Origin: Bryobacteraceae bacterium
GTDB lineage: Bacteria; Acidobacteriota; Terriglobia; Bryobacterales; Bryobacteraceae
Direction: 5' to 3'
Length of the DNA stretch: 64,000 nt
NCBI GenBank assembly: GCA_035561075.1
Contig: DATMYF010000109.1
Span: 17,409 to 81,408, forward strand
This document shows positions 30,701 to 40,690 of this stretch, in pieces. The position numbers were made by a program, and so were the translations under genes. Each line of letters opens with the position of its first letter. Within the stretch, counting starts at the first letter, position 1. The notes under the pieces were generated by a model that saw nothing but the letters and a program-made list of their open reading frames with translations, was not told the origin of the DNA and made no database searches.

Positions 30701-31387
30701 GATGGTAGCGTCGAAGCCGCCGGTCTCAAGCTTCATCTCGGCAATCGTGTCGCTATGCGGCAAATGGCCGCTGATGCGGTTGATGCCGCTGGTGAGCGCC
30801 CCGTCAAGAGCGAACTGGTTGCCCCCCACATTCGCCTCGTTACTGACGTTGGTGGACGTGTTCCCCTGCGACGCGGTGTCGTACGGGTACAGGACGCCCT
30901 TGTGCTGCACGCCCGTGGCGAAGCGAACCACAGGCAGCATCTGTCCGAGCGACATCGGCATGCCGGCCTGGGTTTTGTTATCCAGCGTCCGGCCCGATAG
31001 ACCCGACTGCGTATCGAGCAGCGGCGCTTGCTCCGTGACTGTGATCGACTCGCTGACCTCGCCCACCGAGAGGCTCATGTTTACCTCCACACGTGCACTG
31101 GTCAGTACCACGATGCCGCTCCGCAAGGTCTGCTTGAACCCGGCTAGTTCGGCCGTTACTTTGTAGGTGCCCGGAACCAGCAGCGCGGCCTCGTAATAGC
31201 CGGTTGCGTTGGTGGTCAAGCGGCTGGAAATATTGGTGTCCTCATTGACGACCATGACGCTGGCGCCGGCAACGGCCGCCGACGTCGAATCCAGCACGCG
31301 GCCAAAAATCATCCCGCGCGTCTCTTGCGCGGCCGCGATGCACGATAGCACGAGCATTAGCGCGACTAATCGCGATCCACTTCTCAT
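27755..31387 (-). CDS. TonB-dependent-receptor-like outer-membrane protein with N-terminal carboxypeptidase-regulatory-like domain
   Basis: 1210 aa; signal peptide; CarboxypepD_reg domain (…GASVMVVNEDTNISSRLTTNATGYYEAALLVPGTYKVTAELAGF…); plug-like region; long beta-barrel ending in aromatic F. Confidence 0.8.
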   Translation of the reverse strand: MRSGSRLVALMLVLSCIAAAQETRGMIFGRVLDSTSAAVAGASVMVVNEDTNISSRLTTNATGYYEAALLVPGTYKVTAELAGFKQTLRSGIVVLTSARVEVNMSLSVGEVSESITVTEQAPLLDTQSGLSGRTLDNKTQAGMPMSLGQMLPVVRFATGVQHKGVLYPYDTASQGNTSTNVSNEANVGGNQFALDGALTSGINRISGHLPHSDTIAEMKLETGGFDATIGQTSGLVITMLSKGGTNQLHGSASSVHNQNRWNATPFFTRKLYYQNIAAAEAAGNTAAADAMRAKDKQTSGRRNTFAATVGGPVVLPKIFDGRNKLFFFLSYSGDRWRTTLPSYELNHTFPSMAHREGDFSSLLNVNTSYYQIYDPLSIRSDPERAGHYVRTPIPGNVLPKSRITNPMYSSYAKLLPTPNNEPLDPTREPTNNYLGVDVPTMSTYDGLTNRLDFQPASKHRMFGRWTWDDYFLDMRDWAHQVVRGLQTTGGIRRNLGSVFDWVYTPTASTVIDWSASFHRYDSVTTSAPGARKFKPTDVGLPAYMDAFAGTDTMLPFVTASGYNTMGLVSERMVFGQTSMTKLDVTHIRSGHSLRGGVDVRMTNRNGGTNGYPSGYFSFSNAYTRREDDGKTPAANLGHSWASFMMGLGSWSAGKLDTYALKSPYYAGYLQDSWRVNRKWNINLGLRIEHEPGPVERFDRMLTYFDPTVQQPITGAAQAAYAAKPIPELAAANFKIAGGALYAGQNAPRNLVKSATMWLPRISTAYAVNSKLVIRAGYGIFQDTINALNLSPNQLNYSRSTGPILTNNFGMDWLIGDPVNGVSPIKDPFPVRADGTRFDTPLGNQLGTQSLLGGSWSGMYYDTPRARQQRWRVGGQRQFGKSMMLDVAYAGSYSDQVGVAHALNNVPEQYWADGLVRNDAIATNLNLNVSNPFNIANFASLQTSNPLLYKDLATKSFFTSSTIRKYQLLYPFPHMGTVTGTEPVGKVRTDAIEVTFERRFADGFNFYVGYTGLRVNAKDYYYNTWDTEPSWRKSNNARPHRFVATSVAELPFGKGKPFLKTGGPLNLLVGGWQLSVAYEYQPGAIVGFGNLFYYGNLADITSGEQTFENWFNTANFERVAAKGPAGFHRRVFPVQIDDLRAHSYSVLNGNLAKEFTVKEGVKVQVRWDVLNALNRTIMDAPNTTPTSTDFGRVTTSTSLKRWMQVQAKVTF

Positions 31388-31574
31388 CAGATCGGTTTCT
31401 CCTCTTTACGACAGAACTGCAACCGCTTTGCAGTGTGTTGCAGACAACAAGACCCTATTTGGGGATCTATCTTATCACCGCCTACTGCCGACAGCCTCCA
31501 GCCGAGTTGCAGGATGGAAGAATTGATTCAGCGAGATCATCGTGATATCATCGTGATGTCACAAAAGGAGTCCA

Positions 31575-32426
31575 ATGTCCCGTGAAACCGAGATCCAAGC
31601 CTGGTCCGGATGGCTGATGGTCTTTCTGCTGACGGCGGTCGTGGCCGCCTCTCTCTCCGCGCTGGCCAAGATCCCGGAGCTGTGGATGGTCTGGCTACCG
31701 ATACTGGTAGCGGCCGCACTCTGCTACGCCGGGCTGACGATCGTCAATCCCAACCAGGCTGGGGTGCTCACCTTGTTCGGCGTGTACAAGGGAACCGTGA
31801 AGCAGTCGGGCTTCTGGTGGGTTAACCCGCTCACCACCCGGAGCCGCCTCTCACTGCGCATTCGTAATACCGAGAGCGGCAAGATGAAGGTGAACGACCG
31901 GGACGGGAACCCCGTCGACATCGCCGCCATCGTGGTGTGGCGGATCGTAGAGACGTTCGAGGCGGTGTTCAACGTAGAAGACTACGAGCATTTCGTCCAC
32001 GTGCAGACCGAATCGGCGGTCCGAACCCTGGCGACCACCTATCCCTACGATGCCCAGGACGGCCATACTTCGCTGCGGCTCTCGGTGGCAGAAATTGCGG
32101 ACCGGCTTCGCACCGAGATTCAGGAACGGCTGGCCACGGCCGGGATCGAGGTTATAGAGGCGCGCATCAGCCACCTGGCCTACGCCTCGGAGATTGCCGG
32201 TGCCATGCTGCGCCGGCAGCAGGCCACCGCGATCATTGCCGCTCGCCAGAAGATCGTCGAGGGTGCGGTTGGGATGGTCGAAATGGCACTCGACGAGATC
32301 AGCCGCAAGCATGTCGTCGAGCTGGACGAAGAGCGCAAGGCCGCCATGGTGAGCAACCTCCTGGTGGTCCTTTGCAGCGAGCGCGGGGTGGAGCCGGTGG
32401 TCAACGCCGGCACGCTGTACCACTAG
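31575..32426 (+). CDS. SPFH/band-7 (stomatin/prohibitin-like) membrane protein
   Basis: 283 aa; N-terminal TM helices then SPFH domain and coiled-coil C-terminus. Confidence 0.8.
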   Translation: MSRETEIQAWSGWLMVFLLTAVVAASLSALAKIPELWMVWLPILVAAALCYAGLTIVNPNQAGVLTLFGVYKGTVKQSGFWWVNPLTTRSRLSLRIRNTESGKMKVNDRDGNPVDIAAIVVWRIVETFEAVFNVEDYEHFVHVQTESAVRTLATTYPYDAQDGHTSLRLSVAEIADRLRTEIQERLATAGIEVIEARISHLAYASEIAGAMLRRQQATAIIAARQKIVEGAVGMVEMALDEISRKHVVELDEERKAAMVSNLLVVLCSERGVEPVVNAGTLYH

Positions 32427-32428
32427 GG

Positions 32429-32620
32429 ATGGCGCAACGCAAGGCATATCCGCTGCGGCTGGACCCGGCGGTCTACGAGGCGCTCCAGCGCTGGGCCGGC
32501 GCCGAGTTGCGCAGCGTCAACGCGCATATCGAATTTCTTCTGCGGCGCGCGTTGCAGGAGGCCGGCCGCCTTCCGAAAGAGGCAGCTCCCGGTAGGATAA
32601 TGAAAGACGCCGATGAGTAA
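32429..32620 (+). CDS. small ribbon-helix-helix (Arc/CopG-like) protein
   Basis: 63 aa; [42 protein letters not shown] fits the beta-alpha-alpha RHH pattern; starts 3 nt after the SPFH stop. Confidence 0.6.
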   Translation: MAQRKAYPLRLDPAVYEALQRWAGAELRSVNAHIEFLLRRALQEAGRLPKEAAPGRIMKDADE

Positions 32621-33368
32621 GACTGCCCAGGATCCACAGCACCTCCAGGCCGAGTTGATGGGTGCGACGCCCCGGCCCGTGCGGCTGACGGGCCTTGGTA
32701 TCTTCGTCGCCGGGCTGGCTTTCCTGCTGCTCGCAGGAGCGGCGCTCACGCTGGTCCTGTTGCCGCCCGTGGCCGCGCGTGCGTTCGAGCAGGTGGCACG
32801 CTTCGAACGGGAAGCCGTGGCCGGGGTGGCGGAGATCGTCGAGATCGGACCGGACCGCGGCAAGGAGCGGCGCCGCACCATCAAGTACCGCTTCGACGCC
32901 GGTGGTCAAGTCCGGGAAGGGCACGTGACTTTGAAGCGCAGCCGGTCGAGGGACTTAGCGGTAGGGGCGCGGGTGCCGGTCCGCTATCTTCCGTCCGACC
33001 CGGAAGTGAGCTACATCCTGGGCCGCGGGCCGAGCGGTCTTCCGCTGTGGGCGGTGGCGCTCGTGGCCGGTGTGTTCGGGTTGGGCGCGGCGCTCACCGG
33101 CTGGAGCATCCGGCGGCAACGAGCGCTTCTCGCAGAGGGGCGACCCGCGCTCGCTACAGTTACAGCCTTGACCCGCGGGCACAAGGGCGTCTTCAAGGTG
33201 GAATTCGAGTACCCGGTGCTGAGCGGGGCGGTCCTGCGGGGATCGCAACAGGATTCGAACACGCCTTTAGGGCAGGGCGACACACTGGTGGTCCTGTATG
33301 ACCGGGACCGTCCGGAGCGCGTGTCGTGCTACCCGCTCTCGCTCGTGAAACTCGAGCGGCACTCGTAG
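32613..33368 (+). CDS. DUF3592-like membrane protein (two repeats)
   Basis: 251 aa; two TM segments each followed by a beta-rich module. Confidence 0.55.
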   Translation: MSKTAQDPQHLQAELMGATPRPVRLTGLGIFVAGLAFLLLAGAALTLVLLPPVAARAFEQVARFEREAVAGVAEIVEIGPDRGKERRRTIKYRFDAGGQVREGHVTLKRSRSRDLAVGARVPVRYLPSDPEVSYILGRGPSGLPLWAVALVAGVFGLGAALTGWSIRRQRALLAEGRPALATVTALTRGHKGVFKVEFEYPVLSGAVLRGSQQDSNTPLGQGDTLVVLYDRDRPERVSCYPLSLVKLERHS

Positions 33369-33373
33369 CGCAA

Positions 33374-34711
33374 ATGCGGATCGGTCAAAGCGGCGCCGTG
33401 ATCGCGTGCCTCAGCCTCCGTGTGGCGCTGGTGTGCGCCCAATCGGAAAATCCCGCCACCGTCCCGTCAGGCTCATCCTGGACCCCGGCAGCGATTTCCG
33501 GGAAGGCGCACCAGCAGTGGAAATGGTTGCTCGTCGCCGGCGAACTGCGGTCGCGGGCGGAGGCGCCGGCCGCCCTGGAGTTCCGGGAAGGCGATGATGA
33601 CGTTTACCTGCTGACGCGGTTGCGCCTGAGCACGCTAGTGACCGCCAGGCCCTGGCTGAAGTTTTTCGGTGAGTGGCAGGACTCTCGGGCACCCGGGTTC
33701 AACCGACCGGTCCCGGGGTCCATGGACAACAGTCTGGATTTGCGGCAGGCATATGTTGACGTTGGGGCCACGGAGGGACGGGGCTGGGGTGTGCGGATGG
33801 GACGCCAGGCGCTCAAGTTCGGCAAGGGCCGCATGGTCTGGGACCCCGATTGGGCCAATACCGGCCGGGCATTCGATGGCGCCCGGGTGAGTTTCGGCGG
33901 CCGGCACGTCCACCTGGATGCCTTCGCAACCACGGTGGTGGTTCCGCGGAACCGGTTTTTCGACCGCTCTGATACCAGCAACATGTTCTACGGGTTGTAT
34001 GGGGCGGTGGAGCGCTGGGGAACGGCGCTACGGGTGGAGACCTACGTGTTCCTGAAGAGCAATGCGGCCGTCCGTAACGAACTCGGCCGGACCGGAGCGC
34101 TCGATCTGTACACCGCCGGATTCCGCGGCGCGGGCGTGTGCGCCGGGACCCTCGACTGGGAGGTCGAGATTGCCTCGCAGTCGGGACGCTTGGCTGGCCG
34201 CCGTGTCCGCGCCGTGGGCGGGGTATGGGTGGTGGGCTGGAAAACGGGCACCGGAGCATGGCATCCCCGAGTCTCCGCGGGCTACACCTACGCGTCCGGG
34301 GATAAGAATTCGGCGGATGGGCTGAAGGGCACTTTCGATGCGCTCTTTCCGACTATTCACCTGCGCAACGGCGCGACGGACCGGCTCGGGTGGGCGAACA
34401 TTCACGATGTAATGCTCCAGGCCGATTGGAAGCCCTCGCGCAAGCTGAAGCTGAACACCGGCTGGCACGACTTTCGCCTGGCGACGACCACCGATGCTCT
34501 CTATGGCGCGGGCGGCGGGGCGCTATTTCGCAACGCGCGGGCTTCGAGCGGCCATGTAGGGTTTGAGTTTTTCGGCACGGCCGAGTACTCGCTGACCCGC
34601 ACACTGAGCTTCGGCTCCGGCTATGCTCACCTGTTTCGCGGGGCGTTCCTGCGTGAGTCTTCACGCGGTTGCGCGACTCAGCCCTATCTGCTCTTGACGT
34701 ACCGATTCTGA
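33374..34711 (+). CDS. outer-membrane beta-barrel, alginate-export (AlgE)-like family
   Basis: Start at MRIGQSGAVIACLSL… (signal peptide); beta-barrel ending …LLLTYRF. Confidence 0.6.
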   Translation: MRIGQSGAVIACLSLRVALVCAQSENPATVPSGSSWTPAAISGKAHQQWKWLLVAGELRSRAEAPAALEFREGDDDVYLLTRLRLSTLVTARPWLKFFGEWQDSRAPGFNRPVPGSMDNSLDLRQAYVDVGATEGRGWGVRMGRQALKFGKGRMVWDPDWANTGRAFDGARVSFGGRHVHLDAFATTVVVPRNRFFDRSDTSNMFYGLYGAVERWGTALRVETYVFLKSNAAVRNELGRTGALDLYTAGFRGAGVCAGTLDWEVEIASQSGRLAGRRVRAVGGVWVVGWKTGTGAWHPRVSAGYTYASGDKNSADGLKGTFDALFPTIHLRNGATDRLGWANIHDVMLQADWKPSRKLKLNTGWHDFRLATTTDALYGAGGGALFRNARASSGHVGFEFFGTAEYSLTRTLSFGSGYAHLFRGAFLRESSRGCATQPYLLLTYRF

Positions 34712-35386
34712 AGAAGGGAGTTTGGACGGGCAAGAAGAACCGGCGTGCTCACAGGGAGCGCGCAGCTACCTGTCCCGCGCCGCCCGAGAGTTTCTACGGA
34801 TGTGCCGGGAGGAGTATCGGGGGTGACGCTAGGACGCGCCGACTCTGCTTGATTCGTTTACATCAAAGACAGCGGTCATCTGGTTCGCCCCGTTTCGCTG
34901 TGGCGTTTGCGGTTGTTTGCACGGAAGCACACTTACAGGTCGCGCGAAACTCCTCCCTAAGTGGAGGCGACTGGAGGAACCACTCCCGCCGATGTTGAGG
35001 CAGTTGCCCGAGGAAGTCACCGAACGAGGCGGTCATTTCGTTGCACATGTCCAAGACTTTCCATCTTTTCTGGTCTTCCCGGTCGTATGGCAGCCTCGAG
35101 TAACTCAAGTGCGCTCTGCCTTCAGCAGCTTGGGGCGAAGAAACGCCCGCAGGTTCCGGAAGTGCATGAGAAAAGACTCGAGAAAGACGTCCCTCTCTTT
35201 TCCCTGCGGCGGAACCGCTGGAGAGCTATGGCCATAGTCCAGGTATCTCACCCAAAGAGCATGGTTTCGATCTCATAAGCGACGTGGCCGGCCGCGGCCC
35301 TAAGTTCGTCGTCGGTTCGCAAAGCTCTGCCCATACAATTCACGAGTTCACATGGTCACCCGGTGCGCGCCGGCCGCGCGTTGGTG

Positions 35387-36964
35387 TCAGCGGCCTGCCG
35401 GATGCGGCGACGCGCGAACGGCACGTTCGAACGCCCAAGCTCGAATGTGACTGATCTGCTCCTTCATGGTCCGCGATAACGGAACAAGCTTCGCAGCAAC
35501 GCTGATGAGATCCTCTTCGGTGATCTCGCGGTCCGCCAGCCGTGCCTTTGTCACGGCCGAGATCACGCACTGCTCGATCTCGGCGCCGGTCCAGCCGTTG
35601 GTAAATTGCATCAACTCTCGCAGGTCGAATCCAGCCGCATCCACCCCTCGGCGGCCCAGGTGAATGTTGAAGATCTCGATCTGTTCCTCTGCGAGCGGTA
35701 AGTCCACGAAGAACACCTCGTCGAAACGCCCCTTGCGAATCATCTCGGCGGGAAGGAGATCGATTCGGTTTGCCGTGGCGGCGACGAAAAGCCCGCGCGC
35801 TTTCTCCTGCATCCAGGTCAGGAAGAACGCGAAAATCCTGCCCTGCTCACCGCCCGAGTCCGCCGACGTGACACCCATCTCGATTTCGTCGAACCAGAGG
35901 ACGGCCGGCGCCATGTCTTCCATCATGCGGCAGGTTTCGACGAAGGCCCCTTCGGGCTTGCCGTGCCGCCCGGAGAAGATCTCGATCATATCCACCCGAT
36001 AGAGCGGAAGCTGAAAAGCGGAGGCGATGGCCTTGACGCAAAGGCTTTTGCCGCATCCCGGAATTCCCATTATGAGAACCCCCTTGGGCACGATTTCGGC
36101 GCTCAGTCGATCGCGTAAGTGGAAGAGCTTTCGACGTTCCAGCAGCCACTTTTTGAGCCCGTCGAGCCCTCCGACCTCTTCGATTCTCGTCCCGTCCGCC
36201 ACGTACTCGAGGACACCGCTGCGGCTGATCAGGAGTCGCTTCTCTTCGAGCGCCGCCGGCAGACACTCGGGTCCAAGATGTTGACTTGCGGCGAGGGCAC
36301 GGCGCAACGCGTACCGCGCTTCGTCCAGTGTCAACCCCTGCAGGGCCGACGCAAGCTGCTGTAGGATAGCCTCCCTCGCATCGCCGCTCTCATCCGTTCG
36401 CGAGATGGCCTCGGTTTCGCCTCGCAGGAACTCTATCAGTTCGACCAGATCGGGCGGTGGGAGTTCCAGGAATATAATGCTGCGCTCTATTTCCTCCGGA
36501 ATGAATCGGACCGGCGAAGTGATGACAACGAACTTACGTTCGTCTAAACATCTGTCGTACACATCTCGAAGCCGGCGTCTGGTCTCCGCACATTCCCGCA
36601 GCGGCTCGTGAAAGTCCTTGAGGTGGAAAATGGCGGCGTCGTTGTGAGCGGCGATGAAGTCCAGGGCTCCGCGAGGAGTCTGAGTACCGGCCTGGGCTGG
36701 TTCGTCATCCCGACGCATGCCCTCCGTAAGGCTCCAGGTCCAAACCGGCACCGGCGCGGAGTTGAATCGGAGGCCTATCTCGCGCAGCAGCCCTCCGACC
36801 CGCTGCTCTTCCGCGGAACGGATATACGTAAGGGGCCGTCCGGACTCGAAGACCTCCCAAATCATCTTTACGGCCCGGCTCTCAGGACGCAGGCGCTGAT
36901 CCGGATCGCTGTCTGGAGTTTTTGGCACGGAATGGTTGGGGGCTGGTTGGGCGTACTGTCCCAT
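35387..36964 (-). CDS. AAA+ ATPase (classic AAA, CDC48/FtsH-type ATPase module) with ~250-aa uncharacterised N-domain
   Basis: Walker A GIPGCGKS; Walker B VLWFDEIE; second region of homology with arginine finger …RKGRFD…. Confidence 0.8.
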   Translation of the reverse strand: MGQYAQPAPNHSVPKTPDSDPDQRLRPESRAVKMIWEVFESGRPLTYIRSAEEQRVGGLLREIGLRFNSAPVPVWTWSLTEGMRRDDEPAQAGTQTPRGALDFIAAHNDAAIFHLKDFHEPLRECAETRRRLRDVYDRCLDERKFVVITSPVRFIPEEIERSIIFLELPPPDLVELIEFLRGETEAISRTDESGDAREAILQQLASALQGLTLDEARYALRRALAASQHLGPECLPAALEEKRLLISRSGVLEYVADGTRIEEVGGLDGLKKWLLERRKLFHLRDRLSAEIVPKGVLIMGIPGCGKSLCVKAIASAFQLPLYRVDMIEIFSGRHGKPEGAFVETCRMMEDMAPAVLWFDEIEMGVTSADSGGEQGRIFAFFLTWMQEKARGLFVAATANRIDLLPAEMIRKGRFDEVFFVDLPLAEEQIEIFNIHLGRRGVDAAGFDLRELMQFTNGWTGAEIEQCVISAVTKARLADREITEEDLISVAAKLVPLSRTMKEQISHIRAWAFERAVRASPHPAGR

Positions 36965-37097
36965 TGACTTAAGCTCTCATTATAGCCAGGAGTCGGATTT
37001 CGGCGTCGTGGGCGGAAGCCTGGCTGGTTGTGGGGTTGTCGATCTGCTCGACCGTCGATCGACTTTAACGTAGGGACTGTCAAACTCACGAGGAGAC

Positions 37098-37529
37098 ATG
37101 ACAATGCGATGCATGGTACTAGTCAAAGCCAGTAAGGATTCCGAGGCGGGCGTTATGCCGGGCAAAGAACTGCTTGCCGAAATGGGGAAGTTCAACGAAG
37201 AACTGGTGAAGGCCGGCGTGCTGCTGGCCGGCGAGGGGCTCCAGCCCAGTTCAAAAGGCAAGCGCGTCCGGTTCTCGGGACCGACCCGGACCGTTATCGA
37301 TGGACCGTTCACCGAAACCAAAGAACTGATCGCCGGCTTCTGGCTGTGGCAGGTAGGGTCCATGGAAGAAGCAGTCGAATGGGTCAAGCGCTGCCCGAAT
37401 CCAATGGAGGGCGAGTCTGAGATTGAGATTCGCCCGGTGTTCGAGGCGGACGACTTCGGCGCCGAGTTCACGCCTGAGCTCAGGGCACAGGAGGAGCGCC
37501 TGCGTCAACAGATCGCGCGGGAGAAATAG
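37098..37529 (+). CDS. YCII-related (DGPF) domain protein
   Basis: 143 aa; …DGPFTETKE…GFWLWQV… characteristic of YciI-like proteins. Confidence 0.75.
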   Translation: MTMRCMVLVKASKDSEAGVMPGKELLAEMGKFNEELVKAGVLLAGEGLQPSSKGKRVRFSGPTRTVIDGPFTETKELIAGFWLWQVGSMEEAVEWVKRCPNPMEGESEIEIRPVFEADDFGAEFTPELRAQEERLRQQIAREK

Positions 37530-37562
37530 CCGCCTCCCCCGCCGACCGTGTCAAGGCGCCGC

Positions 37563-38588
37563 TTACGGCCTGCAGGTGGCGTTGTAGTATGCCGGCCCGG
37601 AACTTACGGTCTGCGGACCGTGCTTGCCGTTCTCGTCCTCCATCGCGGCGATCATGGAAAGCTGCGGAACACTCGGTGTCCTCACATACTCCGCGGCCAG
37701 CTTTACGGTTTGGGTTCCGGCGGCGCCGAACTTCACCCGCCCTTCACCTGGACCCTTCTTCCGGACAGCTCCGGCCAGGAACTCGTACCAGACCGTCCCC
37801 GGTCCGTCGGTGGTAATGTCGGCCACCAGTTGCACCGGGCTCGGGCACGCTCCCGAGAATCTCTCGGGAACCACGCGCAGCCGGACGGCTGTTACGTTCC
37901 CGCGCGCGGCGGGCGGAGCGCTCCCCAGGTCATGTGTCTGTTGGACGGTCGCATCGATCTGGGCTTCGGCGTGGCCTCCCGTCGCCGAGGTCACTCCCCC
38001 TCCCGGCGTGCAGTCCGCCGGCAGAGTGAATAGGGACACGGGCGACGGCGCATAGCTGATCTGCCGGATCTCGTACACGACCCGTTCCGGTTTTCCTTTA
38101 ATCGTAATCGTCTGCTTCACCGTGAACCCGTGCTTCTCGTCCAGCCAGAACGTCATCTTGCCCTGGACTTCGGGGAAGACGGCTTCCGCCACCCTGGTGT
38201 TCATTCCGTTGACGGCCTCGGTCCGCAGAATCTTTGGCGGATCTTTGGCCATCTCCTTCCTCATCTCATCCGCGCCCCCAATGGGATCGAAGTTCATCGG
38301 AGCGAATGCGGAAACATACGTCTGAATGCTGCAGCGCTTCGCGGCCAGGTCCAGGTTGTAAAGCCGGTGCGCCTGGAAATCATAGAGCTGGCGCATATGC
38401 ATATCGCCGGACTGGTTCCGCCATTCGATGAGCTGCTTGGGACCGTTGCGGTTGATCTTGATGCTCAGCGGGCCTCCCATCTCCCCGGTTGCCACGACCG
38501 AGTAGGTATCCGGCAGGGGCTGCGCCTGCGCGAGAATCGCCGCCAGTATGCATCCCAGCACGGCCGCCGGGTGAGTTCGGTTCGTCAT
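37563..38588 (-). CDS. secreted hypothetical protein
   Basis: Signal peptide MTNRTHPAAVLGCILAAILAQA; no recognisable domain. Confidence 0.5.
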   Translation of the reverse strand: MTNRTHPAAVLGCILAAILAQAQPLPDTYSVVATGEMGGPLSIKINRNGPKQLIEWRNQSGDMHMRQLYDFQAHRLYNLDLAAKRCSIQTYVSAFAPMNFDPIGGADEMRKEMAKDPPKILRTEAVNGMNTRVAEAVFPEVQGKMTFWLDEKHGFTVKQTITIKGKPERVVYEIRQISYAPSPVSLFTLPADCTPGGGVTSATGGHAEAQIDATVQQTHDLGSAPPAARGNVTAVRLRVVPERFSGACPSPVQLVADITTDGPGTVWYEFLAGAVRKKGPGEGRVKFGAAGTQTVKLAAEYVRTPSVPQLSMIAAMEDENGKHGPQTVSSGPAYYNATCRP

Positions 38589-39343
38589 TGAAGTCCTCCA
38601 ATCCGCGAGAAGACAGGATATCAGACTCGGATGTCTGGATCTCGGTCGAATCACGGGCTACACGGAGGTTGGAACGCGGTCCAGCAACGCAGCTCCGTGT
38701 CGTGAATACCGGCGCTGGGCGTGATTTGCGGGACAGCGGCAAATCTCACGCTTCGCCATAATGAATAGAGGGCGCACTTTGCGAAAGAACGCGGCACTTG
38801 ATAACCTTGCACGACTTCCCTGGGCTTGACGCGGCTGTGGCGGATCATCAGTCGTTTGCGGCCGCTTTCCGATTTCGGAAAGGTCGCTGTGATGGGGTAT
38901 TACGAAGAGGAGGCGGTTGTCGGTGCTTGCCCGAGGTCTGTAACTCTATGAAAACATGGTAGCGCTAACGGGAATCGAACGTGCCTAGCGCCAGTTCAGT
39001 ACGGTCCAGTTGGGTCTAAGTAGCTGTGTTTTCAGTTCAGTTCGTACGGCCAGGATGGCCCAAAAGGCGCTACGAAGGCCTGTGGTGGTCACCCGGTGGT
39101 CACCCGCGGCAGAACGGAGCCGCCATGGCTGAGTTCCTGATCCCGCGCACTGTGCCCAAGGTCGCCGGCGCGCCCGTCACCGCCCTCGACCCGGATGACC
39201 TGCGCGACATCCTGCGCCACGCCCGTGGCGACCGGCTGCTCGCCGCCGCCGTGGAACGGGAACTGCGCCGCCGCACGTGCCTGGCTCGGAACTGCCAAGC
39301 TCACGTCGCTCAAGTCCATGGTCATTTGCCGCTTTTTTCGATT

Positions 39344-39871
39344 CTACCCTTTGTGGGTCAGCAGATCTCTAAGCATAGGGATCGACGCACAACAGATTGC
39401 CCCTAGCATCGCCGCAGGCTGCATATCAAACGATGAGAAGAGCAATGCACAACTAAGGAAAATTCCAATAAAAGACAGCCGCTCCATGGCTTTGAAACTT
39501 CGGTCATTTGCCTTTGCTGTCAACACAGCAGCTGCGAGCATGGCCAGTGTCAAAACAAGACCCATGGGGCGCGCGACAGGTGTTCCGGGCGCATTCAGTG
39601 CGTGTCCTTGCGCTGTAATGATCGAGCCATTTAGCGCGCCGCAGGCGAAGACCGCGGGCAAAACCCTTCTCCAAGTGCCTACAGTGGCAATTCCGATAGC
39701 AGTCGCAATGATCATTACGATCGCACCCACCACCCTCGGGCGAGTTGGATCGATGAAGACGACCGTCGCACCTACCCCGGCGAACGCAGCACACCCGAAG
39801 AACAAAAAGATCGACACCGCAGCGTTCAGCCGAAGTCGCAGTGAAGATCGCCTTGCGGCAGCGGGCTTCAT
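39344..39871 (-). CDS. polytopic membrane protein, candidate immunity protein for orphan Rhs-CT cassette 3
   Basis: ~175 aa, 4-5 hydrophobic helices; start overlaps the stop of the orphan cassette upstream (39868). Confidence 0.55.
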   Translation of the reverse strand: MKPAAARRSSLRLRLNAAVSIFLFFGCAAFAGVGATVVFIDPTRPRVVGAIVMIIATAIGIATVGTWRRVLPAVFACGALNGSIITAQGHALNAPGTPVARPMGLVLTLAMLAAAVLTAKANDRSFKAMERLSFIGIFLSCALLFSSFDMQPAAMLGAICCASIPMLRDLLTHKG

Positions 39872-40665
39872 CTTGTTCGACCGTAGCAATATGCGGCTTC
39901 CGCTGCTGCAAAACCCGCATCAATTGCGAATTTGACCTCGAAATCAATACCTAGGCCCAGCCATTTTCCTGCGGTGCTTAAAGCCGACTTAACGCCCGCC
40001 GAGGATGCGCGAAGCGACAATGGCACACCGCCTTTACCCGTAATGTTGATGGCCATAATGGTCGTGTTCCGTCTGCCGTATGATGTGACCGTACCCATTG
40101 CAGCAGTAGTAATCGTTGGTGCGAGCGTGACCCCAGTACCGGCGGCATCAACAGCCGAACCATAGAACAGACTGGTTATGGAGTTCCCAGCGAGGGCACC
40201 GAGCACCACATTATTCTTGTACGTGTCTTGTAGATTAAAGGCAGCGTTAGTGGCTGCATTTGCAGTTCCCAAAATACTAAAGTCGTTGGCGTGTGCCGCC
40301 ATACACTGATCGAACGCCAGCTTGCTCCCGTTGTTTGGCGGAAAAGCAACCGGTTGTGACGGTGGCGGCAGCGGTGGTGGCGTCGTCTCCGCCTGCTCAC
40401 CCCGTGCCGAACCCCAGCGCAGGCCAAGGAACAGCCAACACGGGTCGATAGACGGCGGAGGACTAGGCGGCGGAGCTACGCACCCGCCGGCTGGGCAGAA
40501 CAAGCCGAAAGGATCTGTATTCACGAGGGGATTGTTCGCCACGTAGTTGTACGCGTGCCAGGTCTGGGGGTACGTCCCAACGGCTCCAATGTTGAGCGGG
40601 TCCGGCTGCATGAACCGCCCCAGGGCGGGCGCGTGGTGGCGAGCCCGGAAATAGTCGAGGCCGGT
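39868..40665 (-). CDS. orphan Rhs C-terminal cassette 3 (5'-truncated; conserved Rhs core end + distinct CT domain)
   Basis: Homology to the main Rhs begins at GLDYFRARHHAPALGRFMQPDPLNIGAVG…NTDPFGLF…IDPCWLF…GEQAE…PPPLPPPSQP, followed by a unique ~170-aa C-terminus. No credible own start. Confidence 0.7.
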   Translation of the reverse strand, partial: TGLDYFRARHHAPALGRFMQPDPLNIGAVGTYPQTWHAYNYVANNPLVNTDPFGLFCPAGGCVAPPPSPPPSIDPCWLFLGLRWGSARGEQAETTPPPLPPPSQPVAFPPNNGSKLAFDQCMAAHANDFSILGTANAATNAAFNLQDTYKNNVVLGALAGNSITSLFYGSAVDAAGTGVTLAPTITTAAMGTVTSYGRRNTTIMAINITGKGGVPLSLRASSAGVKSALSTAGKWLGLGIDFEVKFAIDAGFAAAEAAYCYGRTR

Positions 40666-40690
40666 CTCGATTGTAGCCAGACCGTGAATA

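Noticed and set aside
27965-31000. Two ~460-aa + strand ORFs (27965-29335, 29615-31000)
   Set aside because: Both lie antisense within the 1210-aa TonB-like receptor gene, which has a signal peptide, a CarboxypepD_reg domain and barrel periodicity.
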